Below, one piece after another: positions 41,168 through 55,881 of a stretch of DNA of 64,000 bases. The DNA lies in assembly GCF_009914755.1 (NCBI RefSeq), contig NC_060945.1. One strand, given 5' to 3'. The DNA is from the human T2T-CHM13v2.0 reference genome, Homo sapiens. Position numbers and translations under genes: made by a program. The notes under the pieces were generated by a model. That model saw nothing but the letters and a program-made list of their open reading frames with translations. It did no database searches and was not told the origin of the DNA. Within the stretch, counting starts at the first letter, position 1. Each line of letters begins with the position of its first letter.

Positions 41168-41964
41168 TGACTTCTTTGCTATTTTGGTTTTGCAAAAAGA
41201 CCCACTATCAAGGAATGCTGCATGTGCTATTAAAAATTGTTCCAAATGTCCATAAATCTGAGACTTGATGTATTTTTTCATTTTGTCCAGTGTTACCAAC
41301 TAAATTGTGCAGTTTGGGGCTTTTCCCCCTTACCATAGAAGTGCAGAGGAGTTCAGTATCTCTGTTTTAAAGACGTATAGAATGAGCCCAATTAAAGCGA
41401 AGGTGTTTGTGCTTGTTTGTGTGTATCAGCTGTACCTTGTTGAGCATGTAATACATCCTGTACATAAGAAATTAGTTCTTTCCATGGCAAAGCTATTACC
41501 TTGTACGATGCTCTAATCATATTGCATTTAATTTTATTTTGCACAGTGACCTTGTAGCCACATGAGAAAGCACTCTGTGTTTTTGTTCGGTCTCAGATTT
41601 ATCTGGTTGAGTTGGTGTTTTGTTTGGGGTTTTTAATTTTGCGTGTTTGCATAGCATAAAATCAGTAGACAACACCACTGAGGTCGTTACGATCAACGAT
41701 ATCCACAGTCTCTTTTTAGTCTCTGTTACATGAAGTTTTATTCCAGTTACTTTTCATGGAATGACCTATTTTGAACAAGTAATTTTCTTGACAAGAAAGA
41801 ATGTATAGAAGTCTCCCTGCAATTAATTTCCAATGTTTACATTTTTTAACTAGACTGTGGAATTTCTACAGATTAATATGAAATGGAGCTCATGGTCCGT
41901 TTGTGTGTTAGATATGCTGTAGCTGAAGCCCTGTTTGTCTTTTAAACACTAGTTGGAAGCTCTC

Positions 41965-41970
41965 AATAAA
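41965..41970 (+). terminator. Middle poly(A) signal in ITSN1-S 3' UTR
   Basis: AATAAA. Confidence 0.5.
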
Positions 41971-42272
41971 AATGCCTGCTGCTCACAGCACAGAAAATGG
42001 GGCAGGGGGAGCCTCAAGCACAATCTAGCTGTCCTCCTAAAGACTCTGTAATGCTCACTCCCCTCGCGTTCTCCCGGCGCTGTCGGGAGGCTGTGCTGGT
42101 GGTCGTGTAGAGGTCCTTCTCCTTTCACATGGTGCAGAGAGCGAGGACCTCTCCTCCTCGTTCAGTTGCACTTCAGTATTTTCACGGATATGAATGTAAA
42201 ATATATAAATATATAAACCTGCGGCTTTAACAACTGTAATACAACCTTTTGAATTAGTTCCGTGTATAGATA

Positions 42273-42278
42273 ATTAAA
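42273..42278 (+). terminator. Distal poly(A) signal of ITSN1-S
   Basis: ATTAAA preceded by TGTA elements and followed by GU-rich gtctctgtgttcttgatgttgg. Confidence 0.65.
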
Positions 42279-43679
42279 TTCTTCATACAAAAGTTAGATG
42301 GAAATGTCTCTGTGTTCTTGATGTTGGAACCTGGCAGTGGTGGTGAGGAACCAAGCAGACTAGATGTCAGCAATGGGCCTGCTGCCCACGTGTCAACCAT
42401 GACCTGTGCTCTTTGAAATACAGACATTATCAGAGGCTCGCCGAGTCTTTGTTGAACAGCCCTCCCTCTCCCCGTGCTCTCCACCTTCCCTGATCAATAT
42501 GCAAATGATCATTCCTTATAATACCAGTTTCGAAACATAGAACTCTACCACCCAGTTTAGCAGTTCAGTCTCACCGGGCTTTTGATATAAGTTGTCGACA
42601 CATTGAGGGTGTGTGATTTGGCTCAGGGTACAAACCATTTGTCCAAAAGATGTATCGTAATGTACTGGTGAACACCCCCAAAATTATGTGGGTAAAGACA
42701 GAAACTTGCACATGCCCCACGTTGTCTGGGATCGGCTTCTGCCTGGCACACTTTGCAGAAATAAACCAGCGTCCACATTGATGCCACTGTTTGCTACAAT
42801 GACCACATGCTTGATTCCATCCTCATGAGCTTCACTTATTGGACCTCTCCTGCCATTCAGTGGAAAAGTGGTTTCCTTCCTCAATTCAGCAGATATTTGG
42901 TGGGGGGGATGTCTACCATGAGTTGGGTGCCCCATTGGCTTCTGGGAGGAGTGTGGTACTCCGTGGAAACAGAGTCCCTGTCTTCATGGAGTTCATATTG
43001 TAATGGAAGGAACAAACAGAAAACCAAACTCCTGCAATCCATATAAATATGCACGGTATGTGTGTGACAAGGTGACAAGTTCTGCACTAGAAGTTTGGAT
43101 ATGAGGCACCACTGAGCAGACTGGCAGGGCCAGGGGAGGGTGGCTGCAGGGCAAGGATCAGAGAACCTTCAGGGGGTGGGGCGGGGAGTGCCATTTGAGC
43201 TGAGACCTGAAGAGTAAGGAGGGAGGAGCCAGATGGAGTGGGGGAAGAGGTGTGGCTATTGTAGATGGAGCTGTCAGGACAAGCAAAGGCCCAGGGGTGG
43301 GCGGGGAGATCCTTCTCACTGTCCCCCAGGCCACCCCCGTGTGGAGCAGTGGTTGAGTCTGCAAGTCCCATCTCTTCCCCAGGATCCCTTCAGCTGTGTA
43401 AGCCAGTGTTGCTTCTCCAGTCTTGAGTTTGGCTGGAAGGGATGCAGTTGTCAAGGTGGGTACTACTCCATAACACTCTACCTAATTCACTCCAGATGCC
43501 CCACGCCCTCACTGTAGGCCATTTCCCCAGGCTTGCCTCCAGCTTTGTGAAGTTGACATGGGTTGTTCCCCAGGAAGCTGTGCTTTCCCCTACAAATCAT
43601 TGAGTTTGCATTTGGTTGTATCCATTGGACCCCATGATTCTCAGCCAGTGGGAGTGCTGCTGGTGTCTCATGGTTAGAG

Positions 43680-43782
43680 TCAGGGATGCTGCTCCTCATC
43701 CTGCAGTGCACAGGACAGTCCCCCGCAACAAAGAATGATCTGGCCCCAGATGTCACCAGAGCTGAGGTTGAGAAGCGCAGGT
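43680..43782 (+). mobile_element. MER20-like hAT fragment
   Basis: gggatgctgct..catcctgcagtgcacaggacag..caacaaagaat..gaggttgagaa. Confidence 0.7.
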
Positions 43783-44170
43783 CTCACCCCACTGGCCACT
43801 GTGGTTAATGTTCACCTGGTTATTCACCACCAGAAAGGCTGCCCCGGTAACTCCTGTTGAATAAATTTAATCACCTAAGCTCATGTCGTGTATCTGCAGC
43901 ATCAAACGTATCTCAGAACCTTGGTTTTATATTTCAAAATCTTATTCTTGTTTATTATCCCCCATACTCTGCACTTTGGTACTAGATTAAACTACTTCAG
44001 TCATATTCACAAGAGAATCTGGTTAACAGAAAATTGAGTACAAGGGAAAGAAAGCATCTTTCTTCTAATAAATTAGTGAAGGGATACTAGGTATCTCCTA
44101 TGGCCTCAGAGTTTAAAGGTGTCAGGTTTTGGTTTGTTTGTTCTTTAGCTATTTGTTTTTTGTTTTTTAA

Positions 44171-44617
<447 letters not shown>

Positions 44618-45082
44618 TGATTATTAAATCATTTAATTTCATATTGGTCTGTGTAAATATATTTGCAAGTGAACTTTGGGTACAGTTTTGCTCCAGTAGC
44701 ATTAGACAAGATGAGTCCAAATGAGATTGTCTTCATTGTGCACTTACGAATCACTCTCCTCTGGCCGGCTGCCTCTCCACACTGCAGAGCAGGCCTGCAG
44801 AGTTGGGGAGCCATGGTGGTTGAGTTCCCCAAGTGGCCCAGGCCTCAGACTGCCTCTGCATAAAAGGGTGTCTGGGAGAAGCCGATCTAAAGCAGTAACT
44901 CGGCCCTATGTTAAGTCACAAAATATCTAACCATTACATGCATGGTAGAAACTGGTATCTTCCCTGTTTCTGGAAAGGAATCTGGGCAGACCCAGGCCGC
45001 AAATAGTAACGATTGGGTTATCTATGCTTTCAGCGATGCCATCAGAAGAAATAGTAACACTAGCTTAGGAAAACCCTCTAAA

Positions 45083-45152
45083 TATTAGGTTTAACCATAT
45101 GAAATTGTCAATTCTTACCTATAAAAACAGCAATCTATAATTCAACCTAGTA
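45083..45152. mobile_element. MADE2-like mariner MITE
   Basis: About 70 bp with inverted termini ta-ttaggtttaacc...ttcaacctag-ta and TA flanks. Confidence 0.7.
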
Positions 45153-45735
45153 CAATATATCATCACCTGGCACATGGTAGGTTAGGTTAAAAAAAAATGC
45201 CTATTGAATGAGTGAATGAAATCAACCGGTGACTATAGAAAACACCAGTCTCAGCTTTTGACACAGACCACATCACCCTCAGAGAGGAGACCATGCTGTC
45301 TCTCCAGTTTCCTTTTCCTTTAGATGTGAGCTTCCCAAAAACAACAGTGGCCTTGGAAGGGGCTGCTCCTGGAGTCTCTTGCTCATTTGGTCTAAGAAGG
45401 AGGCTGAGGACCAGGGACCGTTGTCTGAGCCAAGTCTCCACTCCAGCACAGGGCGGGGGCAACACCCCACCCAGGTAACAGTTGGGCAACGGGCACAGCA
45501 AATCGCAGTCCTGCTTCATTAATCCTATTCATTCTCTTTAGTTCCAAAAATACCCAAGAGAATTTTTATGGAAATGACATTGGATGCCAATGGTCCCAAA
45601 AATGCAAGGAAAAATAGCTCCTTCTTTGAAATGTCTGGTATTCGGGGTCTGGTAGGATAGGGAGACGTAGTGAAGTCCAAGATCACAGTAGCCTTAATGT
45701 GAATGTTCCGCTTCAGCCAGAGTTCTCTTGGGCAC

Positions 45736-45992
45736 TTTTTTTTTTTTTTTTTTGAGACGGTTCACCCAGGTTGGAGTACAGTGGTGCAATCTCGGCTCAC
45801 TGCAAGCTCTGCCTCAGCCTCCCCAGTAGCTGGGACTACAGGTGCCCGCCACCATGCCTCGCTAATTTTTTTGTACTAGAGATGGGGTTTCACTGTGTTA
45901 GCCAGGATGGTCTCGATCTCCTGACCTTGTGATCCGCCTGCCTCGGCCTCCCAAAGTGCTGGGATTACAGGCGTGAGCCACCGCGCCCGGCC
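45736..45992 (-). mobile_element. AluY with internal deletions
   Basis: TSD ctcttgggcactt on both sides. Confidence 0.88.
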
Positions 45993-46292
45993 ACTCTTGG
46001 GCACTTCTTTACGAAAACCCCACATAGGAAAAACCAGGCTTCCAGAGTGTCTCCTGACGTCTAGTTAGCTATTCCATTTCAGAGGGCTCCATAGCCTCTC
46101 AGGAAGAATCTATTCTTTAAATTAAAAGCTCCCCAGGCATTTTTAAGTTGTATGACCTGATTCTCAAAAATGTTTCATTTATAAAAAATGAGCATCAGCT
46201 ATAAGATATATATAGTGTCCGTGCAACTTAATGTTGGGCATACCACCTCTTAGAAGCTACCAGCTACCATGCTGTTGTTTTATGATGTCAAC

Positions 46293-46294
<2 letters not shown>

Positions 46295-46328
<34 letters not shown>
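46295..46328. repeat. (TG)17 microsatellite
   Basis: Seen directly. Confidence 0.97.
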
Positions 46329-46329
<1 letters not shown>

Positions 46330-47524
46330 CAGGCAGTGAGCAGCAACTTTCAGGTGACTTAACTGCCTACATCTGTAGCTTGGTGACAGTAGGTCAAACG
46401 GTGAGTTCAGGGTACAGCCAGAAGGCAGATAAATACCGCTGTATAGAAGATTCTGGCAGAGGCTGACAGCTGCTATTTCCACATCTGCTTGGCACGTCGC
46501 TTCTGAGTGATGTTGCAAGCCTCAAAAGAGATGTTCCTTATTTTGACTCAGACTATCATGTCTTTAAAAGCTGAACAGTTCCTTCTCTTGATGCCGTTTC
46601 TCTGAACTCTGACCCAGGAGAGGGGAGAACACTTTTGATCTGCCAGTTTTCATCAAGGACGCTGTTTCCCTCAGTGAGAGGATGAAACCCCTGACGCCCC
46701 TGCTTTCCCCTCCCATTTCCTATGCTGTCCTGTCCCCTTCTGATACCTGTCCCCACACACTCATGCACGCTGATCCACTGCGTTGCTTCCCAGGCCCCAC
46801 CCAGAAAGTGAGGAAAGGCCTGGGCTGCGGTGGAGCGCAGGATGTTCTCTGCGGATTATTCAGTGAAGTCGAGATCTTAGAGAACATTGAGCATAAGGCC
46901 TGCACCTATACAGCTGAGGGCACTGAGGGTCTCGGGAAACACAGTGATGTTCTCAAGTCAGCTTTTCAAATTCCGACAAGTCCTCGTTCTAGGCGTACCA
47001 TTTGATGCACAGATCTATGGACATGTGTGTCCATAATAGCCCCAGAGCTCCTGCCTCCACAGAACTGGTGGCTGCATCTTTGGAAAGATCGGGAAGGGGC
47101 CCCTCTTGCCTCATGTGATTTCCTCACTGGTGGGGTTACCATGGGAGTTTGGAGCCATTGGTAAGGATTCCAACACATTTTCAACGCACAAGCTTCATGC
47201 TGACCCGCCCCAGCCCTTTGTCCTTCTCTCCTCCACTGGGCGAGTTTGCCAGGCGCTCAGGCTTACTTAAGACACCCTCAGTCTGAGCCAAATGTAAGAA
47301 CATGTGCTGCTGTAGCTTCCCAATTTTCATTCCTGGCCTCCAGAAAAACATGGTGCTGTATATAACAACACGGCTTCTCTGCAAGTTCAGCCTAATATTT
47401 TACTCCATTTCTCTCATCATTTTGGAACATTCTATTTCCCTGTAGACCACCTGCCTATAGGAAGATAGTGATTCAGACGGAGCATCCACATAACTGCATC
47501 TGGGGACCTTATAGAGGCTAAGGA

Positions 47525-47665
47525 GCAATCCAGGATGGTGGCTCAGAGCACGGGTTCAAATCCCAGCTCTGCTACTTACTAGTGGTGTGATCTTGGGCAA
47601 GTTATGTAACCTCTTTGTGCTTCAGTTTCCTCATTTACATATGGAGAGATAATGATGACATCTAG
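47525..47665 (+). mobile_element. MIR remnant
   Basis: gggttcaaatcccagctctgctacttactag..gtgatcttgggcaagtta..cagtttcctcat. Confidence 0.75.
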
Positions 47666-50600
47666 CAGAAAATAAGCAGAGAATAATAGCTTTGTTGCTG
47701 TTGTTTTTATTGGAGAGAAAAGGCATTTGTGCCTGGTCAGTGAGCATCATGGAATCCAATCAAGTGCCTTCTTTCATTAAACCAAAACAGCAGGTAGGTT
47801 GTGTGCATTTTTAAGACCTTTTAGAAAGTATGCTTTTATAGATTAGGAATTTCAGAGAGAAAAGATTGGACAGCTTCCCTAAAAACTTTGAGCTATCTCA
47901 TTGCAAGATTTGCCCTACCAATCCGTGCACGAACCCTGGCCCCCTTCCTGATAGCAGGAGGCCCACCGGTGGAAGCAAGCAGCTTTTTAAACGCCTTCGC
48001 TGCACTCCTGCAATGTGCAGAGACCTCTGGACCAAAGACCAGAGCCTACTCAGCAGACTCTTGGTTGATGTGGACAAGCTGCCTGTGTTTCACACGGTCG
48101 ACGGTGGGGAGGCCACCAGGGAAAATGGAATGTGCAGGGCTTTTAAATGTCACGTCTGGACTGTGTTGGCAGGCCCATGCAGCGCTCCACAATAAACCTG
48201 TCACAAATGCATTGAGTCACTGGGTCCTTTATTTCTCATCACGGCATTCTGTGCCCTTGTGTTCTCTTGCCAGCAAAGAATGGAACGTTCAGCCCCCTAG
48301 ACATGCCGGCTGCTGGATTTTTTAAGCAATCATCCAGCTTAGATAAGGGGCGTGGGCTGCTGGGGAATGCTGCCCCAAAGCGCTGTCTCCAGAGCAGCTG
48401 CCCCAGGCATGCTTAATTCCCTCCCTGCCCACTGTGTGCACCCCCAAGATGCCTCTCAATATCCAGACCTGCAGTTCCACTCTGTTTGTTAGGCCCCCCA
48501 GGAGAGCGAGCCTGCAGTCCGCCCCAGCAGAGGGGACCAGGCCAGGGATGCCTCTTTCCTCTCTGGAGTGTTACCTTGGAGTCCTGAGGCCCCGTGACAA
48601 GACCCCACACGGCCGAATCCTCAGTAACAGCCCTCCACTGACTTGGTATCCAGTGGGATTCCTCCCTCCATCCCATTCTCTAGGGGGCAGAAGCACATCT
48701 GCCCGTCCTGTCCGCCTCCCCTTCCATCCTGCATCCTGTCTTCTCCTCTCCCCGCCTCCTGCTGTGTGGCCCATGAGCCCAGGAGGGACCCAGTCTACTC
48801 TGTTTACCTCTCCCGCTGCCCACTGAGAGTCATGGCTGAGGTACATGGAACCGGCCTGGTCATAGGGCCGTGCTCAGCAGAACACAAGCAGAGGAGATGC
48901 CTAGAACTTTCAGGAGCAGGTGACAAGCAGCAGAGAAATGAGTGGGGGTTCCAGCTAGTGAAGGATGGGGTGGCACAGAGCATGACTGGGGGCCAGGGAT
49001 CCAGCCGAGAGGATGGCCCGAGAAAGCTCTCTGAAGAGGGGGGATGGAGACCTGGCTGCGGGGGAGGCACGTCCAAAGATCAAGGGGGAGGAGCTTTCTC
49101 GGCCCAAGGGACAGCAAGTGCAAAGGCCAGGGCTGAAGGAGCTGCTCCTGCCCCTCACAGAAGGATGACTGAGTCTTCGACCTGGTCTCTCTGCACCCAC
49201 TCTCTCCTTCCAGCTTCCCCCACGCTGCAGGCAGAGAGCTATTCTAAAAACATCACTTCTTATGCTTAAAATCATCCAGGGGATTCCCGGTCCTCCGAGA
49301 TAAAAGACCCGAATCTACTTGGTCTGCAAACCCTGCCTGATCTGCCCCCTTCTCCAGCCCTCTAACCTTCCCTCTCCTCATTTATTCCTATTTGTGCTGA
49401 ATTTTAGCACGGCTCAGTCGTCACCTCCTCGAGGAAGCCTTCCCTAACCCATGCATTCTTCTGTGCTTGCAGAGGGGAAACTGGGCTGACTGGTTACGGA
49501 GCTGCTCTACAGGAGCCTGCTCAGTGTTCTTTCTTCTGCCACCTTTGAGTCCCCGTCATGACCCGTCACGAAAGTCCAGGCTTTTGTTGCCCCCATGGCT
49601 TTCCAAATGGCCCTGTTGAAAACATCCCCTTTGACCCTCCAAACCACTTTATGGAAAGGTCCATTTTCATCATGGGAGTCCCTCCTCAGAGAGAGTCAGA
49701 ACCCACATCTGGTGCCCACTGTGGCATCGTGGGCCCACGTCAGCAGGAAGGGATGGGGGTGCAGGCAGGCAGTGTGGGCAAGGAGCCTCCCCCAGCCTTA
49801 GAGACTGAATGACTCAACCCCCCTTGTCTACCTCCCAGGGATCTTGTGTGCCCACATGTCCAATAGGGAGGTGGTGCTTGGGTCCAGGGACTTCCTTCAT
49901 CATCTAGCCTCACTCTGCTGTCCAGTCTCACCCAACCCAGAACCTTCCCTCCATCATGTCAGCCTCCACCACCACCCCAGAATTCTTGAGTCTCATTTAA
50001 GCCACTGGTATGCCCCAGCTGCAAATGCCTTTGCCCCACCTCCCCTGCCTTTCCTGCCCACCTGCCTTCACCTCTCCTGATTTCGCTGCCACCTCTCCTG
50101 CTCCATTAACTTGTAACAACTCAGCTCTTTTCTGAATTCCTTATCACACAGAAAGATGACTAGATAGAAAGGCTGATACAGAAATACATAGATACTCTTA
50201 CCTCCCCAGTTAGACTGTGAGCTCCTTGGAGGCAGGGCCCAAATCTTGTGGTTTGTTACATCCCCATTAAGACCTCCATGGTAACAACACTAATGAACAG
50301 CGATGGTACCTTGCCTTGTGTAGTTGTCTTATTGCAGGGCACCCTGCCTCCCTGCTGATTACAAACCAGAGGGCAGGTCCTACCTCCCACACGTGCATAT
50401 CCCCATGGCGCCTCACTCTTGCCAGTTGCTCAGGAAGTGCTGTGGCAGACAGTCCTGGGCTGCCCTTCTACCTGCCTGTTGTTCCACAGGCTTGGTCCTT
50501 CCTCCCCAGCTAGGCTGTGAGGGGCAGGACACGTCACAGTGTTCATTCTCCCTGCTGCGTGTAGCCTGGAACCCAGCACAAAACCTGTGCTTGAGTTTCC

Positions 50601-51926
50601 CTCCCCAGAAGGAAAGGAAATTGTAAACGAGGCACCATCGTTTACAAAATAAGTTCTCATGAAAAGACCCCAAAACAGGAAGTGAGCTTATGAAGCATAA
50701 GGATTGTTCTTCATCGTTCTTATAACCACCTTCAGTACTGTCTATTTATGTATGTATTTGGTTTTCTGTCTCCCCTACCAAAATGGAAGCCCCACAAAAG
50801 TAGGGGCCCCTGCGGATCTATGCAGCCGCTGTGAATGAGCAGGAAATGTCATGGCTCAGGTTGCCTCTTGGGTTCCTATGGGATCAGTTTGTTAAGTTAG
50901 GAGAGACCGACCCCAGGGAGCAGGCTATGGGTGCTTAGACCCTTCTGAAGAAAGTTCCATTGAGATGAGAAGTCCACCTGCCCCTCTGGACAGCTCAGAG
51001 CTGGTCTGGCCTCCAGAGCTTCCTGTGGGCTGGGGCTGTCCAGGAACCGGTCAGCCAAGGGTCATTTTCAGAGAAGGCCTGGCTGCCTTGGCCTAGACTG
51101 GCCACTGCCATCCCCCACCAGTCCCCACCAGCCCTGCGCTCCAAGGACAAGCACAACCTCTCAGCCTGATCTTGCAGGCATCTGCTGAGAGAGAAAAGCT
51201 TAAGGACCACCCTCAGGCCTGCCCTTTGAAAAGCCGGTGGTTTCCTCCTGATTCCATTTCCTGACATATCACCAGCATAGGTTTTATTCTTGATAGGGAA
51301 GGTCACCGTACATCGCTGGGATCTGCTGTTCCATTCATAAGATGAGGGCGTTGAGCAGAGAGAGTAGCCTTTGAAGCCATAGCCCATGCCTGGGGGTCAG
51401 TGGTGGCAGCGTGGCCTGAGGTGCAGCTTCAGAGGGCCCGAAGAGTGGAGTGTCAGATGGTCTCTGGGCTCAGAGAGATGGCGTTCTGTGGTTATAGCCA
51501 TTGAGCCTCTTGGACAATGGCTTGAGTGACCTGCCATGGGCTGGATTCAGCTCAGCAGTTGTGGCAGCTCTCATGATCCCTGGGCCTGGACGGATCAGTT
51601 TCCAAATCCCACCCGCTTTTCGCACCAGGTGTCTTGATTTCCAGGCCATCTTTCCTCTGATCTCCTGGCTGTACATGGGAACCACACGGGAGCTTTGCCG
51701 ATAACAGATGCCTGGACCCCACTCCAGCCAGTCCGGTTTAGTTGGTCTGGGGTACAGCAGGGGCACTGGGATTTTTAAAAACTCCTTGCGTGACCCCAGT
51801 GTGTGGCCAAACTCCAGGGCCACAGCCCCGTCCATGCCACACACAGCTGCCGCACTGATCCCCTGAAACACAGCCAAGACCTTCCCAGCTCCGCAGCCAG
51901 CGCCTCCTCGACTGGACTTCCCCACC

Positions 51927-52283
51927 TGTTAGGGCTGAACTGTGTCCCTCAGATTCACACGTTGAAGCCCAGGACATCAGAATATGACTTCGTTTGGAGA
52001 TAAATTCTTTAAAGAGGTGATGAAGTGAACACGAGGCTGTTAGGGTGAGCCCTAATTCCATCTGATGGGTGCTCTTAATAAGAGGGGGAAATGTGGACAC
52101 ACAGACGCTGGAGATGTGCATGCACAGAGGAAAGACCCTGCCGAGGAGAGAGGCCTCAGGAGGAACCAGCCCTGTTGTCACCTTGATCTTGGACTTTGTA
52201 TCTTTAGAACCATGAGGAAGTATATGTTGTTTAAGCGGCTGGGTCTGTGGCCTTTGTTATGGTCGCCTGAGCAGATTAGCGCA
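51927..52283 (+). mobile_element. MLT1A-like MaLR solo LTR
   Basis: TG...CA ends; gggctgaactgtgtccc, gagagaggcctcaggagga, ttgtttaagc..gtctgtgg..tttgttatgg. Confidence 0.75.
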
Positions 52284-52707
52284 CCAGCGAGGAGGAAGAG
52301 GCCTCCGGGGAAGAGCATGAGCTCTAGGGTCAGACTCCCTCTGCCATTTATCAACTGACTTACCCGCCCTGTGCCTCAGTTTCCCTGTCTGTTCAGTGGG
52401 GGATAACAACAGTATAGCTACCGCATAGGATTCCTGGTGAGGATTCAATGAGTTTGCACATGTGCAGCACCCGGCATTGTGAGCTCTGAGTGGCGTTCCA
52501 CCTGAACGCCCATGACTCACCATCACGCAGAGACTGCTTCCCTCCTCTGCACCTGCCCCCAGGGCTCCACGCCCCCGACTCCAATTTCTATTTACTCCCA
52601 TTCTTCCTCCCTCCATTTGAATCCCTCACCGCTGCCTGCCCCCTCACCACCGATATTAGCCTGCTGAAGTCCAACTCAAATTCCTCCTCCCCTGCTAAAT
52701 ATTTTCA

Positions 52708-53622
<915 letters not shown>

Positions 53623-55039
53623 AACAGGCTCCTCCTTCATATTCCAATAAAAATGCATTTGTACTTTCATTATAACATGCCAGTCTGCCTTTGTACCCAA
53701 AAAACTTATTAACAGGAGCTACTCATACTACAGGAGAGGGCACAGTGAGAGCAGGAAGTCAGGGGTGGGACATAGAAGGGGCCTGGAATGAGCTGAAGCA
53801 TACCTACCACAGAGGATGTAAAGCTGTGCCAGGAATTCCAGTGCCCATTATGAAGCTATGAATGATACACCCTTTCACTCTCTGAAATGTGCATATTTAT
53901 GGAAAATTAAGAGATGATTTATCCCTGAGAAGAATTTGATCTTCACCACTTCTCAGCAGTAATTAAACTGCCTGGCAACCCCTGTGGACTGGATTCCCCT
54001 CCTTGGGAGAAAACAAAGCTTATTTGGAGTTACATTGGCACTTTTAAGCATCTGGGTTACATCTGAATGGAAGCCTCCCGAGGACCCAGCTACATGGGGC
54101 AAGATGTGTCACCAGGACAGGCTGGGTGGGATACCTGAGCTCTGCTGGACCCACGAGGGTCTCTGGTGCCTTTGGGGGCATTCCTTCCCCTCTCACCTCT
54201 GTGCCCACCGGCTTCTCCAGACCCCATTAAAAATCGCATCTTGAGGATTTGCAACTCCGAGGTCTCAAGGACTGATAACCGCTTGGAGTGATGCCCTGTG
54301 CAAAGTGCCTGCAACTCAGCAAGGATCCAAGTTGGCCTGGGACTCCCAGGTCTAGCAACCAGCAGGCTCCCAAAGGACAAGGACCCGGACTGCCTCCTTC
54401 TCACTGAACCCCGGGGCCGAGCGTGGATGCTGCTTCACAGCAGGAGTACACAACTTCATGGCTTGGAGAACGCTGGGGTTTCAGACATCAGCTGCAGGGT
54501 AAAGGGACATAGTGTTTGGCCAGAGAACTTTCTTCACGTCATATCCATGTGGCTTCATCTGCTTTTCCTACACGACAGGCCACCCCACACCTACCAGGAG
54601 AGGCCCAGGGTGTTGAAGGGAGTGCAGTTAGATTAATTTGCCCAGGAGAAGCCAGTGCAGCTCTGGGGTGCATGGGCTCACCTGGCAGGAGAGACTTGGT
54701 CCATGGGGAGAAGCCTGCAGTATAGATGGGACCTCCAGGAGCCCAAGTAGCATAGACCCTGCTGATCCGGGGCCATTGAGCCAGAGGATTTGGGCTGAAT
54801 GTCCCCAGAGACAAAAGGGAAAGGTAGATCCTTTCCCTTAAAGATGAAAGCCATCGCCCGGGCTTGCTTATTGCTCTCTCTCCTGGTCCTTCCACATGTT
54901 GTTTCTGAACATTTGTTCTGGCATCACAATCCCCGTCACCCTGTCATCTGGCCCTTCCCACCTTTCCACCTTATCTCTTGCAGTGTCTCCGCGTCGACCT
55001 GGCACCTGGGTGAAGGCTTGCTCTTGCTGGTGCCCATAG

Positions 55040-55881
<842 letters not shown>

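Larger units (their letters stand above)
40785..42295 (+). other. ITSN1: ITSN1 exon 30: terminal exon of short isoform ITSN1-S (completes T|GA stop; about 1.5-kb 3' UTR; 3' end approximate)
   Basis: Strong ttttcctcctttttctag acceptor followed by GA; AU-rich sequence with no recognisable repeats, many miRNA seeds and several poly(A) signals. Confidence 0.9.

Noticed and set aside
48643-49269. Longest ORF in the track (208 aa)
   Set aside because: Non-ATG start, no domain signature, GC-rich sequence with L2-like remnants, overlapped by equally meaningless ORFs on both strands
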